From Candidatus Woesearchaeota archaeon (lineage in GTDB: Archaea; Nanobdellota; Nanobdellia; Woesearchaeales; UBA10216): a DNA stretch of 21,616 nt. The notes under the pieces were generated by a model. It was not told the origin of the DNA, did not search any database, and was given only the letters and a program-made list of their open reading frames with translations. Below, piece by piece: positions 1-7,578 of the stretch. The first letter of the stretch is position 1. Each line of letters opens with the position of its first letter. The stretch lies in NCBI GenBank assembly GCA_016180085.1, contig JACPBX010000029.1, forward strand, positions 1 to 21,616. Direction: 5' to 3'. A program made the translations under genes and the position numbers.

Positions 1-1353
1 GTTGGTCGCAGAAATAGTAGTATCCACCAGCTCCCTGTACTCGCTGTGCAACCGCTTCAGCCTTCCATCATCCTGTGCCTCAATAACAATGCACACTTCA
101 GGAAGGTTATTGCTTTTCCTAAGCATGACCCATTCGAGGTCGTTGAGGAAGAACTTTATGCCGTCTCTTGTTAATGTTGCGTTTGGGTGCTGTTTCTTCG
201 CGGCTGCGACCAATTTTTCAATGATTTTTTCTTTCTTTTCGTGAGTGCCGCAGGTTACGTACTCCTTAACCATTGGAGCAAATTTTACGTTGTCCGCCAT
301 CTGAGAGAGTTTCTCGCTGCTGTTGCTGAGAATCTCAGCCATTTTCAGCCCGCACAGGAAGCCGTCGCTGAAAGGGAAATGCTCGAACCACATGTGGCTG
401 CTCATCTCTCCCCCATAAACAGCACCGCTGTCGTGCACTGCCTTCCCGATGAAACTGTGGCCAACATCGCTCCACACAAGCTTTCCGCCAAGGCTTTCCG
501 CCAGCTGCTTCAGCTCGCTGTTGCAATCTACCGTGATTACTACGTTTCTTCGCTGCTGCGGCTGCCGCGGAAGAATTTTCTTGATGAAAATGGCGGAGCT
601 TATGCTGCCGTTCAATTCCCTGCCTTTGTCGTCAACTATTACTGATCTGTCGCAGTCGCCGTCAAGGGCAACGCCGAAATCAGCGCCTTTTGCAGCGATG
701 ATGCTGCCAAGCTCTTTCAGGTTCTCGCCTTTCGGCTCAGGCCTTTGCTTGTTGAAGTCAGGCATTGGCACGGCATGGACTGGTATGACATTAAGCCCAA
801 GCTCCTCATACAGTCTTGGGATGATTACAGCGCCAGAGGCGTACAGGCACTCGACAGCAACTGTGATTTTTTTCCCCGGATTCAATTTTAGTATGCTTCG
901 CAGGAAGTCGCGGTAAGGGCTGTAGCCATCTGCCTTTTTGACACTGCCTTTTCCTCCAATGAACTGCTGTTGCTCATAAATCCTCTTCATTTCCTCGTAC
1001 TGGTGCAGGAACGACAGGCCGTTTGGCTCGACAAACTTGAAGCCTGTGTATTCCGCGGGATTGTGGCTTGCCGTAATTATGGCGCCGAACTGCTTAAGGT
1101 GAAACGCATTGAAAAAAAGCATGGGGCTCGGGCACTCCCCAATGTCAGTCACGGTGCAGCCAGCTGAAACAAGCCCCCTGATGAACGCCGGGGCAATCTT
1201 TTTTGAAGAATACCTTATGTCCCTGCCAACAACAACCGGCTTTCCCTTTATTATTGTGCCGAAAGCCTTTCCTATGTTTTCAGCTGTTTCGTCATTCAGC
1301 TCTGTGTCAATCAGGCCGCGTATGTCGTAAGCGTGGAAAAAGCTTGTGTCCAT
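1..1353 (-). CDS. Phosphomannomutase/phosphoglucomutase (alpha-D-phosphohexomutase), C-terminus runs off the window edge
   Basis: Manual translation from ATG at 1353: MDTSFFHAYDIRG..., catalytic ITASHNP (~1050-1075), metal-binding DGDCDR (~645-665), C-terminal DGIKF...RKSNNLP. No stop before position 1, so it is absent from the ORF track. Confidence 0.95.
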   Translation of the reverse strand, partial: MDTSFFHAYDIRGLIDTELNDETAENIGKAFGTIIKGKPVVVGRDIRYSSKKIAPAFIRGLVSAGCTVTDIGECPSPMLFFNAFHLKQFGAIITASHNPAEYTGFKFVEPNGLSFLHQYEEMKRIYEQQQFIGGKGSVKKADGYSPYRDFLRSILKLNPGKKITVAVECLYASGAVIIPRLYEELGLNVIPVHAVPMPDFNKQRPEPKGENLKELGSIIAAKGADFGVALDGDCDRSVIVDDKGRELNGSISSAIFIKKILPRQPQQRRNVVITVDCNSELKQLAESLGGKLVWSDVGHSFIGKAVHDSGAVYGGEMSSHMWFEHFPFSDGFLCGLKMAEILSNSSEKLSQMADNVKFAPMVKEYVTCGTHEKKEKIIEKLVAAAKKQHPNATLTRDGIKFFLNDLEWVMLRKSNNLPEVCIVIEAQDDGRLKRLHSEYRELVDTTISATN

Positions 1354-1390
1354 TTTTATCACATTTTTTGCCAAATAGAAAAATCAATAA

Positions 1391-2151
1391 TCAGATGATG
1401 TCTTTCCATTCCTTTATTGCCTTCTCGTAAAGCTCCAGCGTGCCGGTGTTGTACCACTGGCCTGAAAAAGGATAGCCGAAGAGTTTGCCTTCCTGAGCAA
1501 GCTTTGGAAAGACATCCTTCTCAAGCATGGAAAAGCCATCGCTTTTGATATAATCAAGCACTTCAGGCTCCATCATGTACAGGCCTGAGTTAATCAGGTT
1601 TGACGGTGCCTCGTCCTTTTTTGGCTTCTCAACGAATTCAAGTATCTTGCCTCCCTGCATCCTGGCAACGCCATACATGCTCGGGTTGTCTACGGTTGTT
1701 AAAGCAATTGTCAAGTCTCTGAAAGGAACGCCTTGGCAAGCCTCAAAGGCCCTGCCGTGCCCAGGGCCTTGGCCTCCTCAACATAGCTCACGTTAACCCC
1801 AAACCGCCTTCCATCGCCAATGGCGTGCTTTATCTTTTCTCCCTTGTAGCCGATGGACAGGACTATGTTCTTTATGCCGAATTTCTTGAAAAGGTCGAAC
1901 TGGTGCTCCAACAGAGTTCTGTCGTGAACCAGGACAAGCGGCTTTGGAATCTCAAAGGTTATGGGCTGAAGCCTCGTGCCCACACCACCGGCAAGTATAA
2001 CAGCTACCTTGGGCATATCTGCACTTCCGAGAGCCTGCATGAGAAGAAGCTCAACAGCGTGGCTCCTGTTCTTAATCCTGTGGCCGTCAACCTTGCGGTC
2101 AACCTCGGCCAGCACGCTGCCATCAAGCGTAAGCGTTACCCTTTCTTTCAT
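1391..2151 (-). CDS. Sugar-1-phosphate nucleotidyltransferase (mannose-1-P guanylyltransferase-like) with N-terminal ribbon-helix-helix domain; frameshifted at ~1714
   Basis: ORF 1711..2205 (likely start ATG 2151, MKERVTLTLD) has LAGGVGTRLQPIT..PKPL and EE..LGTAGPL. ORF 1391..1714 continues with TIAL..V..PS.YGVA, FVEKP, INSGLY. The NGD-containing segment between them is missing. Confidence 0.88.
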
Positions 2152-2194
2152 TCCAGAACCCCTGCCACGTTTCGCACTGCAATGGGCAGTTCCG

Positions 2195-2202
2195 TATTTA
2201 AA
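2195..2202 (-). promoter_or_regulatory. Putative TATA box for the nucleotidyltransferase-PMM operon
   Basis: TTTAAATA on the minus strand ~45 nt upstream of ATG 2151. Confidence 0.45.
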
Positions 2203-2245
2203 CATTTCGCTTATGTGAGAAGGTAAGACAACATATGAAGCTTCA

Positions 2246-3520
2246 TCATAGAAGCCTGCCTTTAAGGTGTGTGACTGCGCAGTCAGTTACTTTTATCTCA
2301 ACAAGCTTGCCGAGCAAATTATCTTCGCTCTCAACCAGGACAGGCTTATAGGCAAAATTCCTGCCAACATAAGTGCCGGGAAGCTTGCCCTTTTCATCAA
2401 CAACAATTTTTCCCCTCCATCCTGCCCATTTCCGGTTGTTCTCAAGAGCGATTTTCCTTGCAAGGTTGTGGAGCTTCCTGCTCCTGCCCATTACAATGCT
2501 GTCCGGCAGCCTTTCCATGCCCGCAGCTGCCGTGCCTGGCCTCGGCCAGAACCTTGAGATGTTCACAACGTCAGGCCTTGTTTCTTCAACGACAGCGATG
2601 GTTTCGTTAAAATCCTCTCCTGTTTCTGCCGGGAAGCCGCAGATGATGTCAGTTGCTATAGTCACTTGTGGAAGCTGAGCCTTAAACTCTCCAACTATTT
2701 TCTTGAACGTCTCAACCCTGTAGCCTCTCTTCATCGCCGCCAAAACTTTGCTGCTGCCTGACTGTAGCGGCAGGTGGAGGAATTTGAAAACCTTGTCGTG
2801 CTTATAGGCATCAATCAGCGGCTGTAGCAAATGGCTGGCCAGTGTCGGGTTCATCATCCCAACCCTCACTGAGAACTCACCTTCAACTGTGCAGATGTTC
2901 TGCAGCAGCTGAGGCAAATTGGTCCTTCTGTCAAGTCCGTAAGTGCCAGTGTCCTGGCTTGTGAGCCATACCTCACTGCATCCGCTTTTCACAGCCTCCT
3001 CAACACTGTTGCGGATTGTGCCCATCGGGTAAGAGAAGGTGTTGCCCCTTGCAAATTTTGTTATGCAGAATGAGCATGCCCCGAGGCAGCCATCGTTAAT
3101 CTGGATTATGCTTACGAGATTGTTTACGTTTATTTTTGGCAGTTCAGCTTTATTCAAGCTGCTGTTGCCGCCAACCGCAACCGGTTTTCTGCCTTCAACG
3201 ACATCAACGATTTCATTTATTTTGCGAGTTCCGATAATAGCAGCAGCTGGTGCCAGTTTTCTGACGCTTTCAGTCTGGGCTTCTGCCATGCATCCCGCGA
3301 CTATTAACTTTTTTTGGCCATTATTCTCCTCTAGCTGCCTTATTCTGGCCCTTATTTTCTCTTCAGTAGGGCCCTTGACTGTGCAGGTGTTGACAATGAC
3401 AGCATCGGCATCTTCAGCTGCAGCCACCATTTGATGGCCGCTTTTATTCAGCAAGCCCGCCATTATCTCAGAATCATTCACGTTGGCAGAGCAGCCGTAT
3501 GTCTCAATGAAGACTTTCAT
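2246..3520 (-). CDS. mtaB: tRNA t6A37 methylthiotransferase (archaeal e-MtaB/CDKAL1-type, MiaB-like radical SAM)
   Basis: N-terminal UPF0004 motifs ETYGCSAN, NTCTVK, AGC; radical SAM CxxxCxxC (CLGACSFC); SQDTG, R.GMMNP, HLPLQSGS, TDIICGFP; C-terminal TRAM domain. Confidence 0.9.
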   Translation of the reverse strand: MKVFIETYGCSANVNDSEIMAGLLNKSGHQMVAAAEDADAVIVNTCTVKGPTEEKIRARIRQLEENNGQKKLIVAGCMAEAQTESVRKLAPAAAIIGTRKINEIVDVVEGRKPVAVGGNSSLNKAELPKINVNNLVSIIQINDGCLGACSFCITKFARGNTFSYPMGTIRNSVEEAVKSGCSEVWLTSQDTGTYGLDRRTNLPQLLQNICTVEGEFSVRVGMMNPTLASHLLQPLIDAYKHDKVFKFLHLPLQSGSSKVLAAMKRGYRVETFKKIVGEFKAQLPQVTIATDIICGFPAETGEDFNETIAVVEETRPDVVNISRFWPRPGTAAAGMERLPDSIVMGRSRKLHNLARKIALENNRKWAGWRGKIVVDEKGKLPGTYVGRNFAYKPVLVESEDNLLGKLVEIKVTDCAVTHLKGRLL

Positions 3521-3625
3521 GCTGGCGCTGCAGGTGGTAATGGTTTTAAATAGTTTTGCCGCTCAGCGCTCAGCAACTGATTCACAAACTATTTATACAT
3601 CCTTACAAGCATTCTATTTGAAAAA

Positions 3626-3940
3626 ATGGCATCTTCTCGCGAAAAAGTGGAACTCTCAGGCTTCAAGGGCGTTGATGACTCTGCAATGGCCGTTGTCAAC
3701 GACAGAATCAGCTACTATCTGAGCAGGTATTCCAAGATATGCTCTGGCTTTGAAAGGCTCGCTGTAAGGATGAAGAAGGTGCACGCCCAGAAGCACTCAG
3801 AAAAATACGAAATGCACGTTTCGGCTTTTGACAAGGGCAAAATCTTCACTTCAACAGTGACAGGCAAGGACATGATGTTCGCTCTGGAAACAGCGCTTAG
3901 CAAGGTTGAGAGCGAAATAAGCAAAACCATAACGCTGTGA
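3626..3940 (+). CDS. HPF/RaiA (ribosome hibernation factor)-like small protein
   Basis: 104 aa with a beta-alpha-beta-beta-beta-alpha pattern (KVELSG / VVNDRISYYLSRY / LAVRMK / YEMHVSAF / IFTSTVTG / DMMFALETALSKVESEI) typical of the HPF fold; recognised by eye only. Confidence 0.6.
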   Translation: MASSREKVELSGFKGVDDSAMAVVNDRISYYLSRYSKICSGFERLAVRMKKVHAQKHSEKYEMHVSAFDKGKIFTSTVTGKDMMFALETALSKVESEISKTITL

Positions 3941-3994
3941 GTTTTGTGAATACTTTTAAATAGGCTGCTGAATCCCGAATTCTTCCACGGCAAA

Positions 3995-5356
3995 ATGGTA
4001 CTTGAGAAGCTTGGAGAATCGCTGAAGGATGCTCTGCAGAAAGTTGCTAAGAGCATCTTTGTAGATGACACTCTGGTGAACGAGTTGGTCAAGGAACTGC
4101 AGAGGGCTCTTCTGCAGTCTGATGTGAACGTAAAGCTCGTGTTCGGCCTCAGCCAGCGAATCAAGGAGCGAGTCCTGAAAGAGGAGGTTCCTGGAGGCCT
4201 GACAAAGCGCGAATACCTTGTCAAAGTAGTTTACGAGGAGCTTGTAAAGTTCCTTGGCGGCGAGGAAAGCCAGATTGATACCTCTGCAAAGCCGACAACA
4301 ATAATGCTTTCAGGCCTGTTTGGCTCCGGCAAGACAACGACAGCAGGAAAATTAGCCAGATACTTCTCAAAACGGGCCCTGAAAGTAGCCCTTGTGCAGC
4401 TTGACGTTTACAGGCCGGCAGCATTTGACCAGCTCCAGCAGCTTGGCAGGCAAATTACCGTGCCTGTTTTCGGCAACAAGTCCGAGAAAGATCCGCTGAA
4501 AATTTACGGCAGCTGCGAAAACGAGCTTAAGAAATTTGATGTTGCGATTGTTGACACTGCAGGAAGGGATGCACTTTCAACACAGCTCATAGATGAGCTT
4601 AAATCCGTTGCCGATGCCATTAAGCCGAAGGAGAACCTTCTCATCATCAGCGCTGACATCGGGCAGGCAGCAGAGAAGCAGGCAACAGCCTTCCACGAAG
4701 CGTGCAAAATCACCGGTGTCATCATTACCAAGCTTGAGGGCACTGCGAAGGGAGGGGGGGCACTCAGTGCATGTGCTGTTTCTGGCGCTCCTGTCAAGTT
4801 CATTGGTGTTGGTGAGAAGATTGACGACCTTGAACGGTTTAACCCTAAAGGGTTTGTCGGCCGCTTATTGGGAATGGGCGATATTGAAGCCCTGCTTGAA
4901 AAGGCAAAGGAAGCAATGACAGAAGAGGAAGCCAAGGACATTAGCGAGAAATTCCTCAAGGGGGAGTTTACTTTGCTTGACCTTTACGAGCAGATGCAGG
5001 CCATGAAGAAGATGGGTCCCATAGCAAAGGTCATGGAAATGATACCCGGCTTTGGCCAGCTCAAGCTGCCGAAGGACATGCTTGAAGTGCAGGAAGGGAA
5101 GCTGAAAAAGTGGAAATTCGCGATGGACAGCATGACGAAGAAAGAGCTTGAAGACCCTGAGCTTCTTACCGCAGACAGGATTGACCGCATAGCAAAAGGC
5201 GCAGGAATCAGCAGCGGTGAGATAAAAGAGCTTCTGAAGCAGTACAGGCAGAGCAAGAAAGTTGTAAAGATGTTCAAGGGAGCCAGCCCCAAGAAGATGC
5301 AGCAGATGCTCGGCAAGATGGGCGGGGTGAAGGGGCTGGAAGGATTCAAGGCTTGA
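3995..5356 (+). CDS. srp54: Signal recognition particle 54 kDa protein
   Basis: ALLQSDVN, G1 GLFGSGKTTT, DVYRPAA, DTAGR, TKLEGTAKGGGALS, GTGE-like GVGEK, Met-rich M domain (FTLLDLYEQM, DRIAKGAG). Confidence 0.98.
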   Translation: MVLEKLGESLKDALQKVAKSIFVDDTLVNELVKELQRALLQSDVNVKLVFGLSQRIKERVLKEEVPGGLTKREYLVKVVYEELVKFLGGEESQIDTSAKPTTIMLSGLFGSGKTTTAGKLARYFSKRALKVALVQLDVYRPAAFDQLQQLGRQITVPVFGNKSEKDPLKIYGSCENELKKFDVAIVDTAGRDALSTQLIDELKSVADAIKPKENLLIISADIGQAAEKQATAFHEACKITGVIITKLEGTAKGGGALSACAVSGAPVKFIGVGEKIDDLERFNPKGFVGRLLGMGDIEALLEKAKEAMTEEEAKDISEKFLKGEFTLLDLYEQMQAMKKMGPIAKVMEMIPGFGQLKLPKDMLEVQEGKLKKWKFAMDSMTKKELEDPELLTADRIDRIAKGAGISSGEIKELLKQYRQSKKVVKMFKGASPKKMQQMLGKMGGVKGLEGFKA

Positions 5357-5392
5357 TGTGAGTTCTGTTTTTCTGCAACAGATTTATAAATC

Positions 5393-5400
5393 GTTTACAA
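5393..5400 (+). promoter_or_regulatory. Putative TATA box downstream of srp54
   Basis: TTTATAAA preceding the structured non-coding region. Confidence 0.4.
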
Positions 5401-5407
5401 ATCTCGT

Positions 5408-5467
5408 AGGGTTGATAAGGGCGCGAGCACTTGCCTTGTCCACCTTCAAGCGAGGGTTGATAAGGGC
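5408..5467. repeat. 15-bp direct repeat AGGGTTGATAAGGGC (5408-5422, 5453-5467)
   Basis: Exact duplication at 45-nt spacing. Confidence 0.9.
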
Positions 5468-5503
5468 CCTATTTTGGGGTATGGGGACTTCCTAAGTCCC
5501 CAT

Positions 5504-5519
5504 TGCCGGGATCGCATAA
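5504..5519 (+). repeat. Duplication of the tRNA-Ser(GGA) 5' end (TGCCGGGATCGCATAA)
   Basis: Identical to 6512-6527. Confidence 0.92.
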
Positions 5520-5611
5520 ACTTCTGAAAATTTTCCAAAATTTTCGTAATTAGCACTGGACACTGGACAAATGCCCGGCGAGAGTATATAAGCAACTTCT
5601 TCAAAAGGCTC

Positions 5612-5752
5612 GGAGGACCGCAGAGCTGCCAAATTATGCTTTTCCCTCCCTGCTGGCGAGGTCGGGCTTGCGCCCTAAAAGCAATTAGGCAGCTCCGCTC
5701 AGCGTCCTCCTCACCCGAGACCGAGATTTCTCAGCAAGGCGTGAGAAATCTC
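5612..5752. ncRNA. Unidentified highly structured non-coding region
   Basis: Nested perfect stems: GGAGGAC/GTCCTCC (5612/5704), GAGCTGCC/GGCAGCTC (5623/5688), GCTTTT/AAAAGC, GGGC/GCCC; plus an 11-bp hairpin at 5723-5752. Confidence 0.5.
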
Positions 5753-5783
5753 AACGCTTGATTGGGGTTTCAGAGGTAAAAAA

Positions 5784-6479
5784 ATGAATATTGCAACAAG
5801 AAACAAATTAAACATTATTTCGCGTTGGAAAAAAATTCAAGAAAAAGAAAAACATTACATTGAACAGGTAGGCACTCAACACATACATCTAAAAGCTCGG
5901 ATTCTGGGGTACTTAGCCGGAGATGGCAACATCTATATTGGAAAAACTATTCATAATCGTCATTACAGCATAAGATTCTTCCCGGATCACTCTTCATTGC
6001 TGGAACCATTTTGCGAGGCTTTTGTAAAGGTTTATAATAAAGCGCCTATAATTAAGCAACTAAAGAATAAGTATTGTGTAACTGTGGATTCAAAAACAGT
6101 TCTCTTTAATATTATTTCATCGGCGCGTTTTGGGGTGGTTAAATGGGAAGTTCCATTTGCCTTTCTTAGTAATGAACAATCAAAAATAGAATGGTTAAGA
6201 GCATTTTTTGACGCAGAAGGCTATGTTGGAAAAGACCATATAAAAATCCAAACGGTAAATAAAAAGGGAATGAACCAAGTTATGGAACTCTTGGAGCATT
6301 TTGGCATCCAAACTAATATGTATGAGTACAAACCCAAAAATAGCAGATGGCGCACAAATCATATACTAATCATCCACACGAAAGTTTCAAGAATTAGGTT
6401 TCTTGAAAAGATAGGTTTTAACCATAGTCAGAAAAAACAAAAGTTGGAGCAAACACTAAATTTTATAAAGGAATCATAG
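5784..6479 (+). CDS. Free-standing two-motif LAGLIDADG (intein/DOD-type) homing endonuclease
   Basis: Motifs ILGYLAGDG and WLRAFFDAEG, C-terminal RFLEKIGF...KKQKL; visibly more AT-rich than the flanking genes. Confidence 0.9.
   Translation: MNIATRNKLNIISRWKKIQEKEKHYIEQVGTQHIHLKARILGYLAGDGNIYIGKTIHNRHYSIRFFPDHSSLLEPFCEAFVKVYNKAPIIKQLKNKYCVTVDSKTVLFNIISSARFGVVKWEVPFAFLSNEQSKIEWLRAFFDAEGYVGKDHIKIQTVNKKGMNQVMELLEHFGIQTNMYEYKPKNSRWRTNHILIIHTKVSRIRFLEKIGFNHSQKKQKLEQTLNFIKES
6462..6469 (+). promoter_or_regulatory. Putative TATA box for tRNA-Ser(GGA), embedded in the endonuclease 3' end
   Basis: TTTATAAA ~44 nt upstream of the mature tRNA 5' end. Confidence 0.4.
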
Positions 6480-6512
6480 TCCAATACTTACGCCGGGCTA
6501 GGCCTTACAGAT

Positions 6513-6616
6513 GCCGGGATCGCATAACCTGGTAGTGCGCAGATAAGAGAAACTTAGTGTAACCCTGGAAAGGCTGTTCCCGCAAGGGTATCTGGGTTCA
6601 AATCCCAGTCCCGGCG
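6513..6616 (+). tRNA. tRNA-Ser(GGA) with a 20-nt non-canonical intron at 29/30 (6543-6562)
   Basis: Acceptor GCCGGGA/TCCCGGC+G; anticodon stem CAG|CC-CTGGAAA-GGCTG; long variable arm; T-arm CTGGG-TTCAAAT-CCCAG; BHB-type motif with GCGC/GTGT central helix and TAAG/CTTA intron stem. Confidence 0.93.
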
Positions 6617-6661
6617 TTAAGCAACGACGGGCTGGGGCTCCAAGCCGCTATGGCGAGGTTG

Positions 6662-6675
6662 TCCCAGTCCCGGCG
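6662..6675 (+). repeat. att-like copy 1 of the tRNA-Ser(GGA) 3' end (TCCCAGTCCCGGCG)
   Basis: 14-bp exact match to 6603-6616. Confidence 0.9.
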
Positions 6676-6748
6676 CTTTCTTTTTGTTGCAATTTATTAG
6701 TGATAAATAGTAGAAAGGTTTATAATTGATTGCTGAATAACAAAATTC

Positions 6749-7492
6749 ATGGTAGAAGGCAACATAGAATACATTGACTCAATAGCAGCCGTTGTTCGCG
6801 GTGAGAAAGTGCAAGCAGTAAAGGCTGATGAAGATACCGGACTTGCGCAACTGCGAGTTCTTTCACTCACTGAAATGCTGGAGGCCATGTGGGCATTCAT
6901 ACCTCGGATAAATGAGTGGCGCAATGTCAACAAGGAAAGCGGTAACGGTATTGCCCCGGGCGGATTCAGAGGAACATATTCAGAAACAAATACTAAGATT
7001 CTCAGAAGTCTGGCAAAAGAGTACGGTGAGTTACACGTGTATCATAGTCATACACTTCCAGGCTTGTTAAAAGGTGGCGAGCCGTATCCAGCAAGCTTTG
7101 CGGGTGTAAAAAAGCTAATGCAGGTACACGCTGCTAGTGGAGTTCCCACAGATGGAGATATTATTGTAGCACATACAATACACCTGATGATTGACGAAGC
7201 CCCCATTACCAGTGGGGTCATACATCCGTATGGCGTCACAACGTACCAGCTTGATGACTCATTAAAACCGAGCAGGGCTGAACTAGAAGGTATAGCAAAC
7301 GCTATTTATGGCAAAATTTCAAGACCGCTGTTTTTTGAAAGAAATGTAACGGATGTCCGTAAATATCGCGGATTAGATGAAGAAGGAAGATACGCATTCA
7401 TTGGCGATGCAGTTGAGCGAGCTCTACGCGGCGTAGCGGATATGCTTACTACAGACTTTAAACGCATGCCTCGGATTGTATTGAAGTCATAA
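6749..7492 (+). CDS. Hypothetical cassette protein, possible JAB/MPN-like metalloprotein
   Basis: 247-aa ORF; HVYHSHT followed later by PTDGD resembles the JAMM HxH...P(S/T)xxD motif with an insertion. Confidence 0.55.
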   Translation: MVEGNIEYIDSIAAVVRGEKVQAVKADEDTGLAQLRVLSLTEMLEAMWAFIPRINEWRNVNKESGNGIAPGGFRGTYSETNTKILRSLAKEYGELHVYHSHTLPGLLKGGEPYPASFAGVKKLMQVHAASGVPTDGDIIVAHTIHLMIDEAPITSGVIHPYGVTTYQLDDSLKPSRAELEGIANAIYGKISRPLFFERNVTDVRKYRGLDEEGRYAFIGDAVERALRGVADMLTTDFKRMPRIVLKS

Positions 7493-7565
7493 AGGCAAAC
7501 TGAATCAAGAAGGTCGTTGCATTACTAAACTGTAAGAGAAAAATGAACTGAATGTTCAGGGCTCC

Positions 7566-7578
7566 GTCCCGGCGCTTT
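7566..7578 (+). repeat. att-like copy 2 of the tRNA-Ser 3' end (GTCCCGGCGCTTT)
   Basis: 13-bp exact match to 6667-6679; 9 bp match to tRNA 6608-6616. Confidence 0.8.

Noticed and set aside
187-1430. Plus-strand ORFs over the PMM gene, and other antisense or alternate-frame ORFs in the track
   Set aside because: They are shadows of well-supported genes on the opposite strand or frame and have no motifs.
5651-6482. Group I intron carrying the LAGLIDADG gene (P4-like TGCTGG/TCAGCA, S-like ATAGTCC at 6476-6482)
   Set aside because: No matching P7 5' strand (GACTA), the P4 candidates conflict with stronger perfect stems, and no interrupted host gene is evident. A cmsearch with RF00028 would settle it.
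5357-6504. SRP (7S) RNA next to srp54; GGGCTAGGCC at 6495-6504 resembles archaeal SRP RNA 5' ends
   Set aside because: No helix-8 signature (CAGG-stem-GNRA-stem-AGCA) on either strand, and the sequence after GGGCTAGGCC runs straight into the tRNA.
5505-6527. The LAGLIDADG region as a protein-coding BHB intron of tRNA-Ser using the upstream 5' fragment as exon 1
   Set aside because: Only 4-nt self-complementary cores (CCGG, GATC) are possible and the flanking helices are 1-2 bp. The downstream tRNA is already complete.
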